A stretch of DNA of 57,952 nt, from the NCBI GenBank assembly GCA_031371345.1, contig JANMJM010000285.1, forward strand, positions 1 to 57,952, written 5' to 3'. A model generated the notes under the pieces. It ran no database searches. It was not told where the DNA came from and worked only from the letters and a program-made list of their open reading frames with translations. The position numbers and the translations under genes are program-made. Numbering within the stretch: the first letter of the stretch is position 1; each line of letters begins with the position of its first letter. Shown here one piece after another: positions 28,536-40,299 of this stretch. The stretch is from Vicinamibacteria bacterium (GTDB lineage: Bacteria > Acidobacteriota > Vicinamibacteria > Vicinamibacterales > JAMQPK01).

Positions 28536-29183
28536 ATGCAGATTTTTCATCGCAGCGCGAACACCATCGCGCGCGTCAGCATCTTCGGAGCTCTCTTCTT
28601 CATCGCGGCGGTCATCGGACTTCTTTATCAAATCGATCGCTCGCCCTGGATGACACAGGAACATGTGTCGCGCGAGCAGCCCATCCAGTTCAGCCACGAA
28701 CGTCACGTCGCGGGCAACGGCATCGATTGCCGCTACTGCCACACATCGGTCGAGGATTCGGCGGTAGCCGGCATTCCTCCGACCAAAACGTGCATGAACT
28801 GTCACTCGCAGATTTTCTCGACAAGCCCGTTCCTCGAGCCCGTCCGCGAGAGCTTCCGCAGCGATAAGTCGATCCGATGGACGCGCGTCCACGATCTACC
28901 CGACTTCACCTACTTCAATCACAGCATTCACGTGAACAAAGGCGTCGGCTGCGCGACGTGCCACGGCCCGGTCGACAAGATGCCGTTGATGCGGAAGGCA
29001 GCGTCGCTGCAGATGGCCTGGTGCCTCGATTGTCACCGCCACCCCGAGCGCTACGTGCGCCCGCGCGAGGCCGTCTTCGACATGAACTACCTGCCGCCGC
29101 CGAACCAACTCGAGCTCGGTACGCGTCTCGTGGCCGACTACCACATCAAGAAATTGACCGATTGCTCCACCTGCCACCGATGA
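28536..29183 (+). CDS. actA: Alternative complex III pentaheme cytochrome c subunit
   Basis: N-terminal TM, QPIQFSH..H, five CxxCH motifs (CRYCH, CMNCH, CATCH, CLDCH, CSTCH). Confidence 0.95.
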   Translation: MQIFHRSANTIARVSIFGALFFIAAVIGLLYQIDRSPWMTQEHVSREQPIQFSHERHVAGNGIDCRYCHTSVEDSAVAGIPPTKTCMNCHSQIFSTSPFLEPVRESFRSDKSIRWTRVHDLPDFTYFNHSIHVNKGVGCATCHGPVDKMPLMRKAASLQMAWCLDCHRHPERYVRPREAVFDMNYLPPPNQLELGTRLVADYHIKKLTDCSTCHR

Positions 29184-32119
29184 AACCGACAAACGCTCCT
29201 GAATTCTGGCGCACGCTCGCCGAGCACGATGGTGCCGATCTGCACGAGCTCGTCGGAGACGAGTTCGCATCGCGGCTCCCGGCGCCGCCCGATGCGGTGG
29301 AACGCCGGAGTTTTCTGAAATTGATGGGGGCGTCGATGGCGATGGCCGGCATGGCCGGCTGCACGCGACAGCCACCGGAACAAATCGTGCCCTACGTGCG
29401 GCAACCGGAAGAAATCATTCCGGGCAGGCCGCTGTATTACGCCACGGCGATGACGCTCGGAGGACGCGCGAGTGGCCTGCTCGTCGAGAGTCACGAAGGC
29501 CGGCCGACAAAGGTCGAAGGCAATCCCCTGCATCCGGCGAGCCTCGGCGCCACCGATGTGTTTGCGCAGGGTGCGGTGCTCGATCTTTACGATCCGGATC
29601 GGATGCAGACGCTGACGTACCTTGGCGATATTCGTCCCTGGTCGGCGTTTCTCGGCGCGATGCGCGCGATCGCGACCTCGGCTCAGGGCGCGAAAGGCGC
29701 GGGACTCCGCTTTCTGACTGAATCGATCTGCTCGCCTACCCTCGCCGCGCAAATGGACGAGCTGCTCGCGCACTTCCCATCGGCCGTGTGGCATCAGTGG
29801 GATTCGGCCGCCGATCTTAATGCGGCAGCGGGCGCTCGCCTCGCCTTCGGCAGCGACGCGAGCATCCGGTACGCCGTCGATCGCGCCGCCGTCGTGGTCT
29901 GCCTGGACGCCGATCTGCTCTCGTACGGAGCGGGGCATCTCGCCTACGCTCGGCAATTTGCGACACGCCGCCGGCCCGAAAACGCCGGTATTCGGTTGTA
30001 TGCGGCAGAGAGCATGCCCTCGTCAACGGGAGCGCGCGCCGATCATCGGCTGCCGACGCGGGCGAGTCAGATCGAAGCGTTGGCCCGTCAGCTCGCCGCC
30101 GATCTCGGCGTGGCCGGCGTCGGCCGCGCGGAAGGTCTTGCGCAGGAGACGCACGCATGGCTGCGCGCCGTGCTCAACGATCTGAACGCCCATCGCGGGT
30201 CCAGCCTGGTCGTGGCCGGCGAGGGCCAACCGCCGGTCGTGCATGCGCTCGCGCACGCAATGAATGGCGCTTTGGGAAATGCCGGGCAGACGGTGTTTTA
30301 CGCCGATCCGATCGAGGCGCATCCCGCCGATCAGATGCAGTCGATGCGCGATCTCACCGGCGCAATGAATGCCGGTCAGGTTCAGGCGCTCGTCATCATC
30401 AGCGGCAATCCGGTCTACACGGCGCCAGCCGACCTGAAATTTGCCGATGCGATGAATAAGGTGGCGGTCCGCGTGCACCTGAGCCTTCACGCCGATGAAA
30501 CCTCGGCGTTGTGCCACTGGCAGGTGCCACAGGCGCACTTCCTCGAATCGTGGAGCGACGCGCGCGCCTTCGACGGCACGGCCTCGATCGTTCAGCCGCT
30601 CATCGCGCCGCTTTACGGCGGACGATCGGCCCACGAGCTGCTCGCGGCGTTCAGCGATCGTCCAGAGGCAACGGCCTACGCCGTGGTTCGGCAGTTCTGG
30701 CAGAAGCGGCATGGAGGCGCAGATTTCGAAAACTTCTGGCGCCAGTCGGTCCACGACGGCGTCATTCCCGATAGCGCCATGGCGCCACGGGCTGTGTCGG
30801 TTCGCACCGCGGTGTTTGCAGCGGCTGCTCAGGTACCGGCGTCGGGCCTCGACGTGTCGTTCCGGAACGATCCGACGATTTACGACGGGCGGTTCGCCAA
30901 CAACGCGTGGCTTCAGGAGCTGCCGAAACCACTCACCCATCTCACGTGGGACAACGCGGTGCTCGTGAGCCCCGCGATGCTTTCACGCCTCGGCGGATCG
31001 GCCACACCGGCGATGACTGGCGGCGAGCGTGGACAGATCAAAGCGCCCATCGTGGAAGTGACGTACCGCGGCCGTTCGATTCGGGGCGCCATGTTCCCGG
31101 TCGCGGGTCATCCCGATCAGGCCATGACACTTCATCTCGGGTACGGACGCACTCGCGTCGGACATGTGGGCACCGATCGTGGGTTCAACGCCAACGCCAT
31201 TCGCACGTCGGATGCGTGGTCGTTCGGCACCGGCGCGACCGTCGTGCTCACGGGCGAGACCTTCTCGCTCGCGTGCACGCAGTATCACCAGTTGATGGAA
31301 GGGCGCGATCTGATCCACGTCGTCGATCGTGGGACGATGGACGATCGACGATCGACGATCGACGAACTACCGTGGATGTTTCCTGCGGTGGAATACACCG
31401 GCTACAAATGGGGCATGGCCATCGATCTGAATGCGTGCACCGGCTGCAACGCGTGCGTGATCTCCTGCCAGGCCGAGAACAACATTCCGGTCGTTGGGAA
31501 AGCGGAAGTGCTGCGCGGCCGCGAGATGCACTGGCTGCGCGTCGATACCTATCACGCCGGTCCCGCGGAGAATCCAGACACCTATTTCCAGCCGGTGCCG
31601 TGCATGCACTGCGAGAACGCGCCGTGCGAGATCGTGTGCCCGGTCGGCGCCACCGTGCACAGCCACGAAGGCTTGAACGACATGGTGTACAACCGCTGCG
31701 TCGGGACGCGGTACTGCTCGAACAACAGCCCGTACAAGGTGCGGCGGTTCAACTACTTCCTCTATCAGGACTGGGAGACGCCAAGCCTCCAATTGCAGCG
31801 GAACCCGGACGTCACCGTCCGAAGCCGCGGTGTGATGGAGAAATGCACCTACTGCGTGCAGCGCATCAACGAAGCGAAGATCGACGCCGAGAAGGAAGAC
31901 CGCCCGGTCCGCGACGGCGAGATCCAGACGGCGTGCCAGTCGGTGTGCCCCACCGAGGCGATTGTGTTCGGCGACATCGGGGATCCAAACAGCCGCGTCT
32001 CGAAACTGAAGGGAGAATCGCGCGACTACGCGCTGCTGCACGATCTGAACACGAAGCCGCGGACGACATATCTCGCCACGATCAGCGATCGCCACCCCGA
32101 TCTCGACAAGAGCAAATGA
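29180..32119 (+). CDS. actB: Alternative complex III subunit B (molybdopterin-oxidoreductase-like + Fe-S domain)
   Basis: FWR.L, Tat motif RRSFLK with lipobox-like [32 protein letters not shown]-terminal ferredoxin motifs [32 protein letters not shown]. Confidence 0.95.
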   Translation: MKPTNAPEFWRTLAEHDGADLHELVGDEFASRLPAPPDAVERRSFLKLMGASMAMAGMAGCTRQPPEQIVPYVRQPEEIIPGRPLYYATAMTLGGRASGLLVESHEGRPTKVEGNPLHPASLGATDVFAQGAVLDLYDPDRMQTLTYLGDIRPWSAFLGAMRAIATSAQGAKGAGLRFLTESICSPTLAAQMDELLAHFPSAVWHQWDSAADLNAAAGARLAFGSDASIRYAVDRAAVVVCLDADLLSYGAGHLAYARQFATRRRPENAGIRLYAAESMPSSTGARADHRLPTRASQIEALARQLAADLGVAGVGRAEGLAQETHAWLRAVLNDLNAHRGSSLVVAGEGQPPVVHALAHAMNGALGNAGQTVFYADPIEAHPADQMQSMRDLTGAMNAGQVQALVIISGNPVYTAPADLKFADAMNKVAVRVHLSLHADETSALCHWQVPQAHFLESWSDARAFDGTASIVQPLIAPLYGGRSAHELLAAFSDRPEATAYAVVRQFWQKRHGGADFENFWRQSVHDGVIPDSAMAPRAVSVRTAVFAAAAQVPASGLDVSFRNDPTIYDGRFANNAWLQELPKPLTHLTWDNAVLVSPAMLSRLGGSATPAMTGGERGQIKAPIVEVTYRGRSIRGAMFPVAGHPDQAMTLHLGYGRTRVGHVGTDRGFNANAIRTSDAWSFGTGATVVLTGETFSLACTQYHQLMEGRDLIHVVDRGTMDDRRSTIDELPWMFPAVEYTGYKWGMAIDLNACTGCNACVISCQAENNIPVVGKAEVLRGREMHWLRVDTYHAGPAENPDTYFQPVPCMHCENAPCEIVCPVGATVHSHEGLNDMVYNRCVGTRYCSNNSPYKVRRFNYFLYQDWETPSLQLQRNPDVTVRSRGVMEKCTYCVQRINEAKIDAEKEDRPVRDGEIQTACQSVCPTEAIVFGDIGDPNSRVSKLKGESRDYALLHDLNTKPRTTYLATISDRHPDLDKSK
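31318..31367. repeat. Heptamer tandem repeat inside actB
   Basis: GACGATG GACGATC GACGATC GACGATC GACGAAC (31333-31367) preceded by complementary CGTCGATCGT; reading frame stays open. Confidence 0.75.
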
Positions 32120-33501
32120 CAGAAAGACGCCACGAAGGCCACGGCGTCGTTGACGGTGCCGCCAGTAGTCCGGTCATTGCCCCGGGGTACACGTTCGGCT
32201 CGGTCACCGACAAAATCAGCTCAATCGTGCTCACCCGGGGCGCCAGCCATGGCTGGTGGCTCGGGTTCCTCGTCGCGTTCTTGCTCGCGAACATGCTGTT
32301 CGTGTCGCTCGGCTACCTGGTGCTGAAAGGCATCGGCATCTGGGGCAACAACCAACCGGTGGCCTGGGCGTTCGACATCACGAACTTCGTGTGGTGGATT
32401 GGCATCGGCCACGCCGGGACGTTGATTTCAGCGATCCTCCTGCTGCTGAAGCAGACATGGCGGACCTCGATCAACCGCTTCGCCGAAGCGATGACGCTCT
32501 TCGCCGTGGCGTGCGCCGGCATCTTTCCGTTGTTCCACACCGGCCGCCCGTGGCTCGCGTACTGGATGCTGCCCATTCCCAACACCATGAGCGTGTGGCC
32601 GCAGTTTCGCAGCCCGCTCATCTGGGACGTGTTTGCCGTGTCGACGTACGCGACGGTCTCGCTGCTGTTCTGGTTCGTTGGCCTCGTCCCCGACCTGGCG
32701 ACGCTGCGCGACCGATCGGAATCAAAAATCGGCCGGGTCGTGTATGGCGTGTTCGCGCTCGGATGGCGCGGCTCGGCCCGTCATTGGCAGAGATACGACA
32801 TGGCGTATCTGCTGCTTGCGGGCTTGGCCACACCGCTCGTCGTTTCAGTGCACACGATCGTCAGCTTCGACTTCGCCGTCGCGCAGCTTCCGGGCTGGCA
32901 CGCGACGATCTTTCCGCCGTACTTCGTGGCCGGGGCGATCTACTCGGGCTTCGCGATGGTGCTCACCCTCGCGATACCCATCCGCGCGGTGTACGGCCTC
33001 GAAGATTTCATTACGTCGCGACACCTGCAGAACATGGCGAAAATCCTCCTCGTCACGGGACTGATCGTTGCCTACGGGTACACGATCGAGGCCTTCATGG
33101 CGTGGTACAGCGCGAACACGTACGAAGAGTTCATGATGGCGAACCGCATGACGGGACCTTACGGATTCGCGTACTGGCTGCTAATCCTCTGCAACGTCGT
33201 CACACCGCAATTGCTGTGGTTCCGCCGCATTCGCTCGAGTGTCGTGCCGCTGTTCGTCATTTCTTTGATCGTGAACGTGGGCATGTGGCTCGAGCGCTTC
33301 GTCATCATCGTCACCAGCCTGCATCGCGACTTTCTGCCGTCTTCATGGGGCCGGTATGCGCCGACTATCTGGGACATCTCCACTTATGTGGGCACGATCG
33401 GGCTGTTCCTTGCGCTGTTGTTTCTGTTTCTCCGATTCCTCCCGATGATCTCGATCTTCGAGATGCGCACGATTCTGCCGCAGGCCAAGGTGAAGGAATG
33501 A
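32116..33501 (+). CDS. actC: Alternative complex III quinol-binding membrane subunit (NrfD/PsrC family)
   Basis: [73 protein letters not shown]. Confidence 0.96.
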   Translation: MTERRHEGHGVVDGAASSPVIAPGYTFGSVTDKISSIVLTRGASHGWWLGFLVAFLLANMLFVSLGYLVLKGIGIWGNNQPVAWAFDITNFVWWIGIGHAGTLISAILLLLKQTWRTSINRFAEAMTLFAVACAGIFPLFHTGRPWLAYWMLPIPNTMSVWPQFRSPLIWDVFAVSTYATVSLLFWFVGLVPDLATLRDRSESKIGRVVYGVFALGWRGSARHWQRYDMAYLLLAGLATPLVVSVHTIVSFDFAVAQLPGWHATIFPPYFVAGAIYSGFAMVLTLAIPIRAVYGLEDFITSRHLQNMAKILLVTGLIVAYGYTIEAFMAWYSANTYEEFMMANRMTGPYGFAYWLLILCNVVTPQLLWFRRIRSSVVPLFVISLIVNVGMWLERFVIIVTSLHRDFLPSSWGRYAPTIWDISTYVGTIGLFLALLFLFLRFLPMISIFEMRTILPQAKVKE

Positions 33502-34043
33502 GGCCGTCGAACCGTCCGCGCATTTACGGCGTGATGGCCGAATTCGACGATCCCACGTCGCTCGTCGCCGCCGCTCAGCGCGCGCGCGAGGCGGGATATC
33601 GCCGGATGGACGGTTATACGCCGTACCCGATCGAGGAACTTCACGAAGCGCTGCACATTCACGACGCGCGCCTCACCAAGCTGGTGCTTGCCGGCGGCGT
33701 GGCGGGCTGCGTCGGCGGGTACGGCCTGCAGTACTGGGTTTCCGTGATTGCCTATCCGATCATTGTCGCGGGCCGTCCACTTCACAGCTGGCCGGCGTTC
33801 ATTCCGGTGACGTTTGAGTGCACGATTCTGGCCGCCGCTCTCACGGCAGTGTTCGGAATGCTCGCGCTGAACGGGTTGCCGCAACCATTCCATCCGGTGT
33901 TCAACGTGCCGCGCTTTGTCCAGGCGAGCCGCAACAGATTTTTCCTGTGCATCGAAGCGCGCGATCCGAAATTCAACATCGACGACACACGGCAATTCAT
34001 GAACTCGCTTGGTGCGCGCGAGGTGACCGTTGTCGAAGACTAA
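33498..34043 (+). CDS. actD: Alternative complex III subunit D (DUF3341)
   Basis: G.MAEF.DP, YTPYPI, two TMs, [19 protein letters not shown]...HPVF. Confidence 0.93.
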   Translation: MRPSNRPRIYGVMAEFDDPTSLVAAAQRAREAGYRRMDGYTPYPIEELHEALHIHDARLTKLVLAGGVAGCVGGYGLQYWVSVIAYPIIVAGRPLHSWPAFIPVTFECTILAAALTAVFGMLALNGLPQPFHPVFNVPRFVQASRNRFFLCIEARDPKFNIDDTRQFMNSLGAREVTVVED

Positions 34044-34635
34044 CCTCCTCAGTTCGACGCAGGGACGCAGAGACGCGCGACTTTGCGCCTTTGCGTCGAT
34101 CGTTGTTTTGATGCTGGGTACGGCGTGCCGGCAAGACATGCACGATCAGCCGAAGTACAAACCGTTCCGGCCGTCCACATTCTTCGTCGACGAGCGATCG
34201 GAGCGGACGCCGGTTGAAGGCACCATCGCGCGCGGATTCCTGCGCGACGACGAGCTGCTCGAGACCGGCAAAGTGAATGGCCAGGACGCGCCCGTCTATC
34301 CGTTTCCGGTTGACGAGAACGTGATGCGACGTGGCCGCGAACGGTTCGACGTCTATTGCTCGCCGTGTCATTCGCGCACGGGAGATGGCAACGGCATGGT
34401 CGTGCAGCGCGGGTATCGCCGCCCGCCGTCTCTTCATGTTCAACGACTGCTCGAGGCGCCGCCGGGACACATCTTCGACGTCATCACCAACGGCTTTGGC
34501 GCCATGCCAGACTACGCCGCTCAGGTGCGCGTTCGCGATCGCTGGGCCATTGCCGCCTATATCCGTGCACTGCAGTTGAGCCAGCACGCGCCGGTGGCCG
34601 AGTTGCCGCCCGACGCGCGGAGGAACCTGCAGTGA
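34030..34635 (+). CDS. actE: Alternative complex III monoheme cytochrome c lipoprotein
   Basis: Lipobox GTAC followed by RQDMHDQP, CSPCH, GDGNGM...RG, G.GAMP.Y, DRWAI.AYIRALQ. Start (TTG) uncertain. Confidence 0.92.
   Translation: MSKTNLLSSTQGRRDARLCAFASIVVLMLGTACRQDMHDQPKYKPFRPSTFFVDERSERTPVEGTIARGFLRDDELLETGKVNGQDAPVYPFPVDENVMRRGRERFDVYCSPCHSRTGDGNGMVVQRGYRRPPSLHVQRLLEAPPGHIFDVITNGFGAMPDYAAQVRVRDRWAIAAYIRALQLSQHAPVAELPPDARRNLQ
34054..34099. repeat. 8-nt-unit palindromic hairpin in the 5' end of actE
   Basis: TCGACGCAGGGACGCAGAG ... CTTTGCGCCTTTGCGTCGA, complementary when G-U pairs are allowed. Confidence 0.65.
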
Positions 34636-35822
34636 AACTGACGTCGACGGCAGACGAGCTGCTCCCCGAGCTCCACGGTTTTCAACGAAAGCTGCTGATG
34701 GCAGGGGGCATTGGCGCGGTGGTGTGTCTGCTCGGCCTCGCGATGAATCCCGCGCAGTTCTTCCGTTCGTACCTCACGACCTATTTGTTATTGCTTGCCA
34801 TCGCGCTTGGATCGCTCGCCCTTGCCATGGTCCACCAGGTGTCGGGCGGCGCATGGGGGGTCGTCATTCGACGGATACTCGGCGCCGCGACGCGCACGCT
34901 CCCCGTGCTGACGATCCTGTTCATGCCGATCGTGGTCGGCATGCGCTACCTGTATCCATGGACCGATGCCGCCGCGGTTGCGCAGGACGCGGTTCTGCGG
35001 TGGAAGCAGCCGTACCTGAATGTGCCATTTTTTCTCGTTCGCGCTGCCGTTTACTTCGGGGCGTGGAATGCCATCGTGTTTCTGCTGAACAAGTGGTCGC
35101 TCCAGCAGGACGACACCGGCGATCCCCTCATGGCCAAGCGCATGCAAAAGCTCGCAGCGGCGGGCCTGCTCGCCTACGGGCTCACGATTACCTTCGCGTC
35201 GTTCGACTGGGTGATGTCGATTGAGCCGCACTGGTTCTCGACGATCTTCGGCGTGCTGATGATGGGCGGTCAGGGCCTGGCGGCCATGGCGTTTGCCATC
35301 ATCGCGCTCGCCTGGCTGAGCCGCCGCCCACCGCTCAGTGAGCTCGTCACGCCAAATCACTTTCACGATCTCGGCAACCTGATGCTGGCGTTCACGATGC
35401 TCTGGGCGTACTTCGGGTTCTCGCAGTACCTGATCATCTGGTCCGGTAACCTGCCGGAAGAAGCCGAATGGTATCTGCATCGCAGCGCGCACGGCTGGCA
35501 GTTCGTCGCGCTCGCGCTGGTGGCCTTTCACTTCGCGGTGCCGTTCTTGCTGCTGCTGCTGCGAGTGACAAAGCGCCGCGGCGAGACGCTCGCGAAGGTG
35601 GCCGCGCTGATTCTCGTGATGCGGTATGTCGATTTGTTCTGGCTCATCGAGCCCGCGTTCCGTCCCTCAGGGCTGCACGTCCACTGGCTCGACGTTCTGC
35701 TCCCGATGTCGATGAGCGCGTTGTGGCTGGGCGTGTTCGTGTATCACCTGCGCGGGCGCGCGTTGCTGCCGCTGCACGATCCCGAGTTTGACGAGGCGGT
35801 AGGACATGTCCGGACCGCGTAA
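34632..35822 (+). CDS. actF: Alternative complex III subunit F
   Basis: Multi-TM; W....RR, LYPW, YLN.PFF..R, FDWVMS.EPHWFSTIFG, HDLGNL..AF...WAY..FSQYLIIW.GNLPEE. GTG start overlaps the actE stop. Confidence 0.93.
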   Translation: MKLTSTADELLPELHGFQRKLLMAGGIGAVVCLLGLAMNPAQFFRSYLTTYLLLLAIALGSLALAMVHQVSGGAWGVVIRRILGAATRTLPVLTILFMPIVVGMRYLYPWTDAAAVAQDAVLRWKQPYLNVPFFLVRAAVYFGAWNAIVFLLNKWSLQQDDTGDPLMAKRMQKLAAAGLLAYGLTITFASFDWVMSIEPHWFSTIFGVLMMGGQGLAAMAFAIIALAWLSRRPPLSELVTPNHFHDLGNLMLAFTMLWAYFGFSQYLIIWSGNLPEEAEWYLHRSAHGWQFVALALVAFHFAVPFLLLLLRVTKRRGETLAKVAALILVMRYVDLFWLIEPAFRPSGLHVHWLDVLLPMSMSALWLGVFVYHLRGRALLPLHDPEFDEAVGHVRTA

Positions 35823-36195
35823 CAACCCCGAGGTCGTCCACGAAGAGAGCGACGTCCATGTCCGAGCCATTTTCGGCTTCGGCGCCGGATTGCTGGCCGT
35901 CGGACTCGTCGTGCAGGTACTTATGTGGCTGCTCATGAACTACTACACGAACCAGGCCGCGCGCGTACCGCGCAACTTCCCACTCTCGGCCGAGTATCAA
36001 CAACAGGCGCCTCCCGAACCGCGCTTGCAGATCCATCCCCAGCAGGACTTGCGCGATTTTCGCGCGCGCGAAGACGCCGTGCTCCACGGCTACGGTTGGG
36101 TCGACAAAAACACTGGCGTGGCACGCATTCCGATTGAAGAGGCGATGAAGATCGTTGTGCAGCGGGGCTTGCCCGCGCGGGAGCGCGCCAAGTGA
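35806..36195 (+). CDS. actG: Alternative complex III small subunit (ActG-like)
   Basis: HE.SD, single TM, PP.PRLQ, YGWVD...G.ARIPI..AM; position between actF and sco. Confidence 0.75.
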   Translation: MSGPRNNPEVVHEESDVHVRAIFGFGAGLLAVGLVVQVLMWLLMNYYTNQAARVPRNFPLSAEYQQQAPPEPRLQIHPQQDLRDFRAREDAVLHGYGWVDKNTGVARIPIEEAMKIVVQRGLPARERAK

Positions 36196-37031
36196 TACGT
36201 AACGGGGTCGGACCCCTATTACTGCTTTTCATGCTGACCGGCGCGGCGTCGGCGCAGCAGGCTCAAGAGGCAGGACCGCCGGCGTCCGAACTGCCGCCGA
36301 TTCTCCGCGAAGTCGGATTCGACCAGAACCTGAACAAACAGATTCCGCTCGATGTCACCTTCAAGGACGAGAACGGGCAGTCGGTTCAAGTTGGACAGTA
36401 TTTCGGGGCGAAGCCCGTCGTGTTGAATTTCGTGTACTACGACTGCCCGATGATCTGCCTGCAGACGCTCAGCAGCCTCGCCAGCACGCTGAAAGTGTTG
36501 TCGCAGGAACCGGGCAGAGACTTCGAGATTGTGACCGTGAGCTTCGATCCGCGCGAGACGCCGGCCCTGGCTTTCAACAAGAAAAAAGAATTCGTCGAGC
36601 GATCCGATAAACCTCAGATTGCCGGCGGCTGGCATTTCCTGACCGGCACGAAGGACAGCATCGATCGGCTCACGCAGGCAGCCGGCTTCCGCTATGTCTG
36701 GGACGAGCCCTCCAAACAGTTCGCGCACCCAACGGGCATCATGGTGCTGACGCCGAGCGGTCGCATCGCGCGGTATCTGTTCGGCATCGACTACGGCCCG
36801 CGCGATCTCAGGCTCGCCATTCTCGACGCGTCGGCAGGAAAAGTGGGGTCGCCCATCGAACGGGTGCTGCTTTACTGCTATCACTACGACCTCACGACGG
36901 GCCGCTACAGCCTCGCGATTATGCGCGTCGTGCAGATCGCCGGCGCAGCGACCGTATTTTCCATCGGCATGCTGATCTTCGTCATGACCAAGCGCGACCG
37001 CTCCGGGCGAGTGGCGGGGCGGCGGACATAA
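36192..37031 (+). CDS. SCO1/SenC family copper chaperone
   Basis: YYDCPMIC (CxxxC), VSFDP.ET, WHFLTG, FAHP, C-terminal CYHYD...G.Y and TM. Confidence 0.92.
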   Translation: MIRNGVGPLLLLFMLTGAASAQQAQEAGPPASELPPILREVGFDQNLNKQIPLDVTFKDENGQSVQVGQYFGAKPVVLNFVYYDCPMICLQTLSSLASTLKVLSQEPGRDFEIVTVSFDPRETPALAFNKKKEFVERSDKPQIAGGWHFLTGTKDSIDRLTQAAGFRYVWDEPSKQFAHPTGIMVLTPSGRIARYLFGIDYGPRDLRLAILDASAGKVGSPIERVLLYCYHYDLTTGRYSLAIMRVVQIAGAATVFSIGMLIFVMTKRDRSGRVAGRRT

Positions 37032-37035
37032 CGAC

Positions 37036-38025
37036 ATGTGGAGCGGGACCCCGTTATTTCCCCAAGGCGCCTCGACCATCGCTGGTCGAGTCGATGCGCT
37101 GTACTTTTTTCTCCTCGCAGTGTCGGGCTTTTTCGGCCTGCTGATTGCGGGCCTTGTCGTGTTCTTCGCGATCAAATACCGTCGGCGCCATCCAAACGCC
37201 GTCGGCACGGAGGTATCGGGCGGCCTGGCGCTCGAGATTGGCTGGACGGTGCTGCCGTTCCTGATCTCGCTCATCATTTTCTTCTGGGGCGCGAATATTT
37301 ATTTCGCCATGTCCCGGCCGCCCGACGAAACGCTGAACATCTACGCCGTCGGCAAGCAGTGGATGTGGAATATTCAGCATACCGACGGCACGCGCGAGAT
37401 TAACGAGCTGCACGTGCCTGTCGGGCGCGCCGTGCGCATGATCATGACGTCGGAAGATGTGCTGCACGACTTTTCGATCCCGGCGTTCCGCGTGAAGGCC
37501 GACGTCATCCCCGGCCGTTACACCCAGATTTGGTTCGAGGCCACCAAGCCGGGCCGGTACCACCTGTTCTGCGCCGAGTACTGCGGCACGAGGCACTCCG
37601 GCATGACGGGCCAAGTCGTCGTCATGAAGGCGGCCGACTATCAGACATGGCTCAGCGGCGGCGCTCCCGAAGGATCGCTCGCCTCGGTCGGGGGAAAGCT
37701 CTTCGGCGATCTCGCCTGCAACACCTGTCACCGTCCCGACTCTCGTGGCCGCGGGCCGGTGCTGGCAGGCCTGTTCGGACACACCGTGCAGCTGCAGGGC
37801 GGAGACATTGTTACGGTCGACGAGCAATATCTGCGCGAGTCGATTCTCCAGCCGTCGGCGAAGATCACAGCCGGGTATCAGCCGGTGATGCCTGCGTTCC
37901 AAGGCATCGTGAGCGAAGAACAGTTGCTGGCGCTCATCGAGTACGTGAAGTCGCTCTCGACACCGCAGCAGCAAACGATGCCGGCACGCCCCGATACCCC
38001 GACGTCAGGAGGACCGGCCAGGTAG
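37036..38025 (+). CDS. coxB: Cytochrome c oxidase subunit II with fused cytochrome c (caa3 type)
   Basis: Two TMs, [28 protein letters not shown] CuA site, C-terminal CNTCH and MP.F. Confidence 0.96.
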   Translation: MWSGTPLFPQGASTIAGRVDALYFFLLAVSGFFGLLIAGLVVFFAIKYRRRHPNAVGTEVSGGLALEIGWTVLPFLISLIIFFWGANIYFAMSRPPDETLNIYAVGKQWMWNIQHTDGTREINELHVPVGRAVRMIMTSEDVLHDFSIPAFRVKADVIPGRYTQIWFEATKPGRYHLFCAEYCGTRHSGMTGQVVVMKAADYQTWLSGGAPEGSLASVGGKLFGDLACNTCHRPDSRGRGPVLAGLFGHTVQLQGGDIVTVDEQYLRESILQPSAKITAGYQPVMPAFQGIVSEEQLLALIEYVKSLSTPQQQTMPARPDTPTSGGPAR

Positions 38026-38032
38026 TCGCCTT

Positions 38033-39643
38033 ATGGAAGTGTTTCCCACTCATCATTATTTGAATGACGGCTACGGCATCAGATCGTGGCTGCTGACGCG
38101 CGATCACAAGCGCATCGCGCTGCTCTATCTGGCCGCCATCACGTTCTTCTTTTTCATCGGCGGCAGCTTTGCGGTGCTGATGCGGATCGATCTGGCCACA
38201 CCGGCCGGCGACCTCGTCAGCGACGACACCTACAACGAGCTGTTCACGATGCACGGCATCGTGATGGTGTTTTTCTTCCTCATTCCAGCCATCCCCGCCG
38301 TGCTCGGTAATTTCCTCGTACCGCTGATGATCGGTGCGAAAGATCTCGCATTCCCCAAGCTGAATCTGCTGAGCTGGTACATCTACATACTGGGAGGCCT
38401 GTTCACGCTCCATGCGTTGGTCACCGGTGGGGTCGATACCGGCTGGACGATGTACGCGCCGTTGAGCACGGAGTTCTCGACCACGAGGGTCATCCCGGCG
38501 GCGCTCGGAATTTTCATCACCGGCTTCTCGTCGATTCTGACGGCGCTGAACTTCATCGTGACGATTCACCGCATGCGCGCGCCAGGGCTGTCGTGGTTCC
38601 GCCTGCCGTTGTTCCTCTGGTCGACGTACGCCACCAGCGTCATCACCGTGCTCGGCACGCCGGTGATCGCCGTCACCATGCTGCTCGTCGGCGCCGAGCG
38701 CGTGTTTCACTTCGGGTTCTTCGACCCGAAAATCGGCGGCGACCCGGTGCTGTTCCAGCATCTGTTCTGGTTTTACTCGCACCCAGCGGTCTACATCATG
38801 GTGCTGCCGGCGATGGGCGTCATCAGCGAGCTCGTGGCGGCGTTCTGCCGCAAGCCGGTGTTCGGATACAGCTTTGTGGCGTTTGCGAGTCTGGCCATCG
38901 CGATTCTCGGATTCCTCGTGTGGGGTCACCACCTGTTTGTCGCGGGCCAGTCGGTATACGCGTCGCTGATCTTTTCGATGTTGAGCTTCCTTGTCGCCAT
39001 TCCGTCGGCGGTGAAAGTGTTCAACTGGACAGCGACGATGTACAAGGGAGCGATCTCGTGGCAGACGCCGATGCTCTACGCCATTGGCTTCATCGGGTTA
39101 TTTACGATTGGCGGACTCACCGGTTTGTTCCTTGCGGCGATCGGGATGGACGTGCACCTGACGGATACCTACTTCGTCATTGCGCACTTCCACTACATCA
39201 TGGTCGGCGGCACCATCATGGGCTACCTCGGCGGGCTGCACTACTGGTGGCCGAAGATCAGCGGCCGGCTCTACCCGGAGGGCCTGGCCAGGCTCGCCGC
39301 AGGCATCATCTTCGTTGGCTTCAACCTGACGTTCTTCCCGCAGTTCATCCTCGGTTACCTCGGGATGCCGCGGCGCTATCACGCGTACCCACCAGAATTC
39401 CAGGTCTTGAACGTGCTGTCATCGGCTGGTGCCTCGATTCTCGGCATCGGCTATCTGCTGCCAATGGCCTACTTCGCATGGTCTCTGCGTTACGGGAAAG
39501 TCGCCGGCTCGAACCCGTTCGGCGCAACCGGCCTCGAGTGGACGACGACATCGCCGCCGCCGACTGAAAATTTTGCCGTGACTCCCATCGTCACAAGCGG
39601 ACCCTACGAGTACCCGTCGCCTGTGGAGAAGCACGTTGCGTGA
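38033..39643 (+). CDS. coxA: Cytochrome c oxidase subunit I, A2 type
   Basis: [29 protein letters not shown] (YS motif of A2 oxidases), VWGHH, AHFHY, GMPRRY. Confidence 0.97.
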   Translation: MEVFPTHHYLNDGYGIRSWLLTRDHKRIALLYLAAITFFFFIGGSFAVLMRIDLATPAGDLVSDDTYNELFTMHGIVMVFFFLIPAIPAVLGNFLVPLMIGAKDLAFPKLNLLSWYIYILGGLFTLHALVTGGVDTGWTMYAPLSTEFSTTRVIPAALGIFITGFSSILTALNFIVTIHRMRAPGLSWFRLPLFLWSTYATSVITVLGTPVIAVTMLLVGAERVFHFGFFDPKIGGDPVLFQHLFWFYSHPAVYIMVLPAMGVISELVAAFCRKPVFGYSFVAFASLAIAILGFLVWGHHLFVAGQSVYASLIFSMLSFLVAIPSAVKVFNWTATMYKGAISWQTPMLYAIGFIGLFTIGGLTGLFLAAIGMDVHLTDTYFVIAHFHYIMVGGTIMGYLGGLHYWWPKISGRLYPEGLARLAAGIIFVGFNLTFFPQFILGYLGMPRRYHAYPPEFQVLNVLSSAGASILGIGYLLPMAYFAWSLRYGKVAGSNPFGATGLEWTTTSPPPTENFAVTPIVTSGPYEYPSPVEKHVA

Positions 39644-40298
39644 TGACACCTTGCACCATCCGGCGCTGGCGCATCACTTCGATAACCTCGAGCAGCAGGC
39701 CGAAGCGGCGTCGCTCGGCATGTGGGTATTCCTGCTCACGGAAATCCTGTTCTTTGGCGGGGCGTTTCTGGTCTACACCGTGTACCGTCACATGTACCAT
39801 GACGCGTTCGTCGTCGCGAGCCACGAACTCGACGTCACCCTCGGTACCATCAACACCGCCGTGCTCATCGGCAGCAGCTTGACGATGGCGCTGGCGGTGC
39901 ACGCGGCACAAACGGGATCGAAGCGGCTGATTCAATTATTTCTCATCGTGACGATCGTGCTCGGGTGTGTGTTTCTCGGCATCAAGAGCGTCGAGTACGC
40001 GCACAAGTTCCGCGAGCACCACGTGCCGGGCCCGTATTTCCAATTCGACGTCAAGTATGTCCGCGAGGCGCAGATTTTCTTTTCGCTCTACTTCGTGATG
40101 ACAGGCCTGCATGCGCTGCACATGATCGTCGGCATCGGCGTCATGCTCGTGATGCTCTGGCACGCCTCGCGCGACCGGTTCTCGCCGGAATACTACGTGC
40201 CCATCGAAGTCACCGGTCTGTATTGGCACTTCGTGGACATCGTCTGGATTTTTCTTTTCCCGCTGCTCTATCTGATAGGGCGCCACGGAGTGCCGTAA
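39636..40298 (+). CDS. coxC: Cytochrome c oxidase subunit III
   Basis: [50 protein letters not shown]. Confidence 0.95.
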   Translation: MRDDTLHHPALAHHFDNLEQQAEAASLGMWVFLLTEILFFGGAFLVYTVYRHMYHDAFVVASHELDVTLGTINTAVLIGSSLTMALAVHAAQTGSKRLIQLFLIVTIVLGCVFLGIKSVEYAHKFREHHVPGPYFQFDVKYVREAQIFFSLYFVMTGLHALHMIVGIGVMLVMLWHASRDRFSPEYYVPIEVTGLYWHFVDIVWIFLFPLLYLIGRHGVP

Positions 40299-40299
40299 C

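Noticed and set aside
28877-29179. Long N-terminal extensions of actB, actC, actD, actF, dctM, glgC in the ORF track
   Set aside because: They overlap the upstream gene in another frame; true starts sit at stop/start overlaps or after an RBS.
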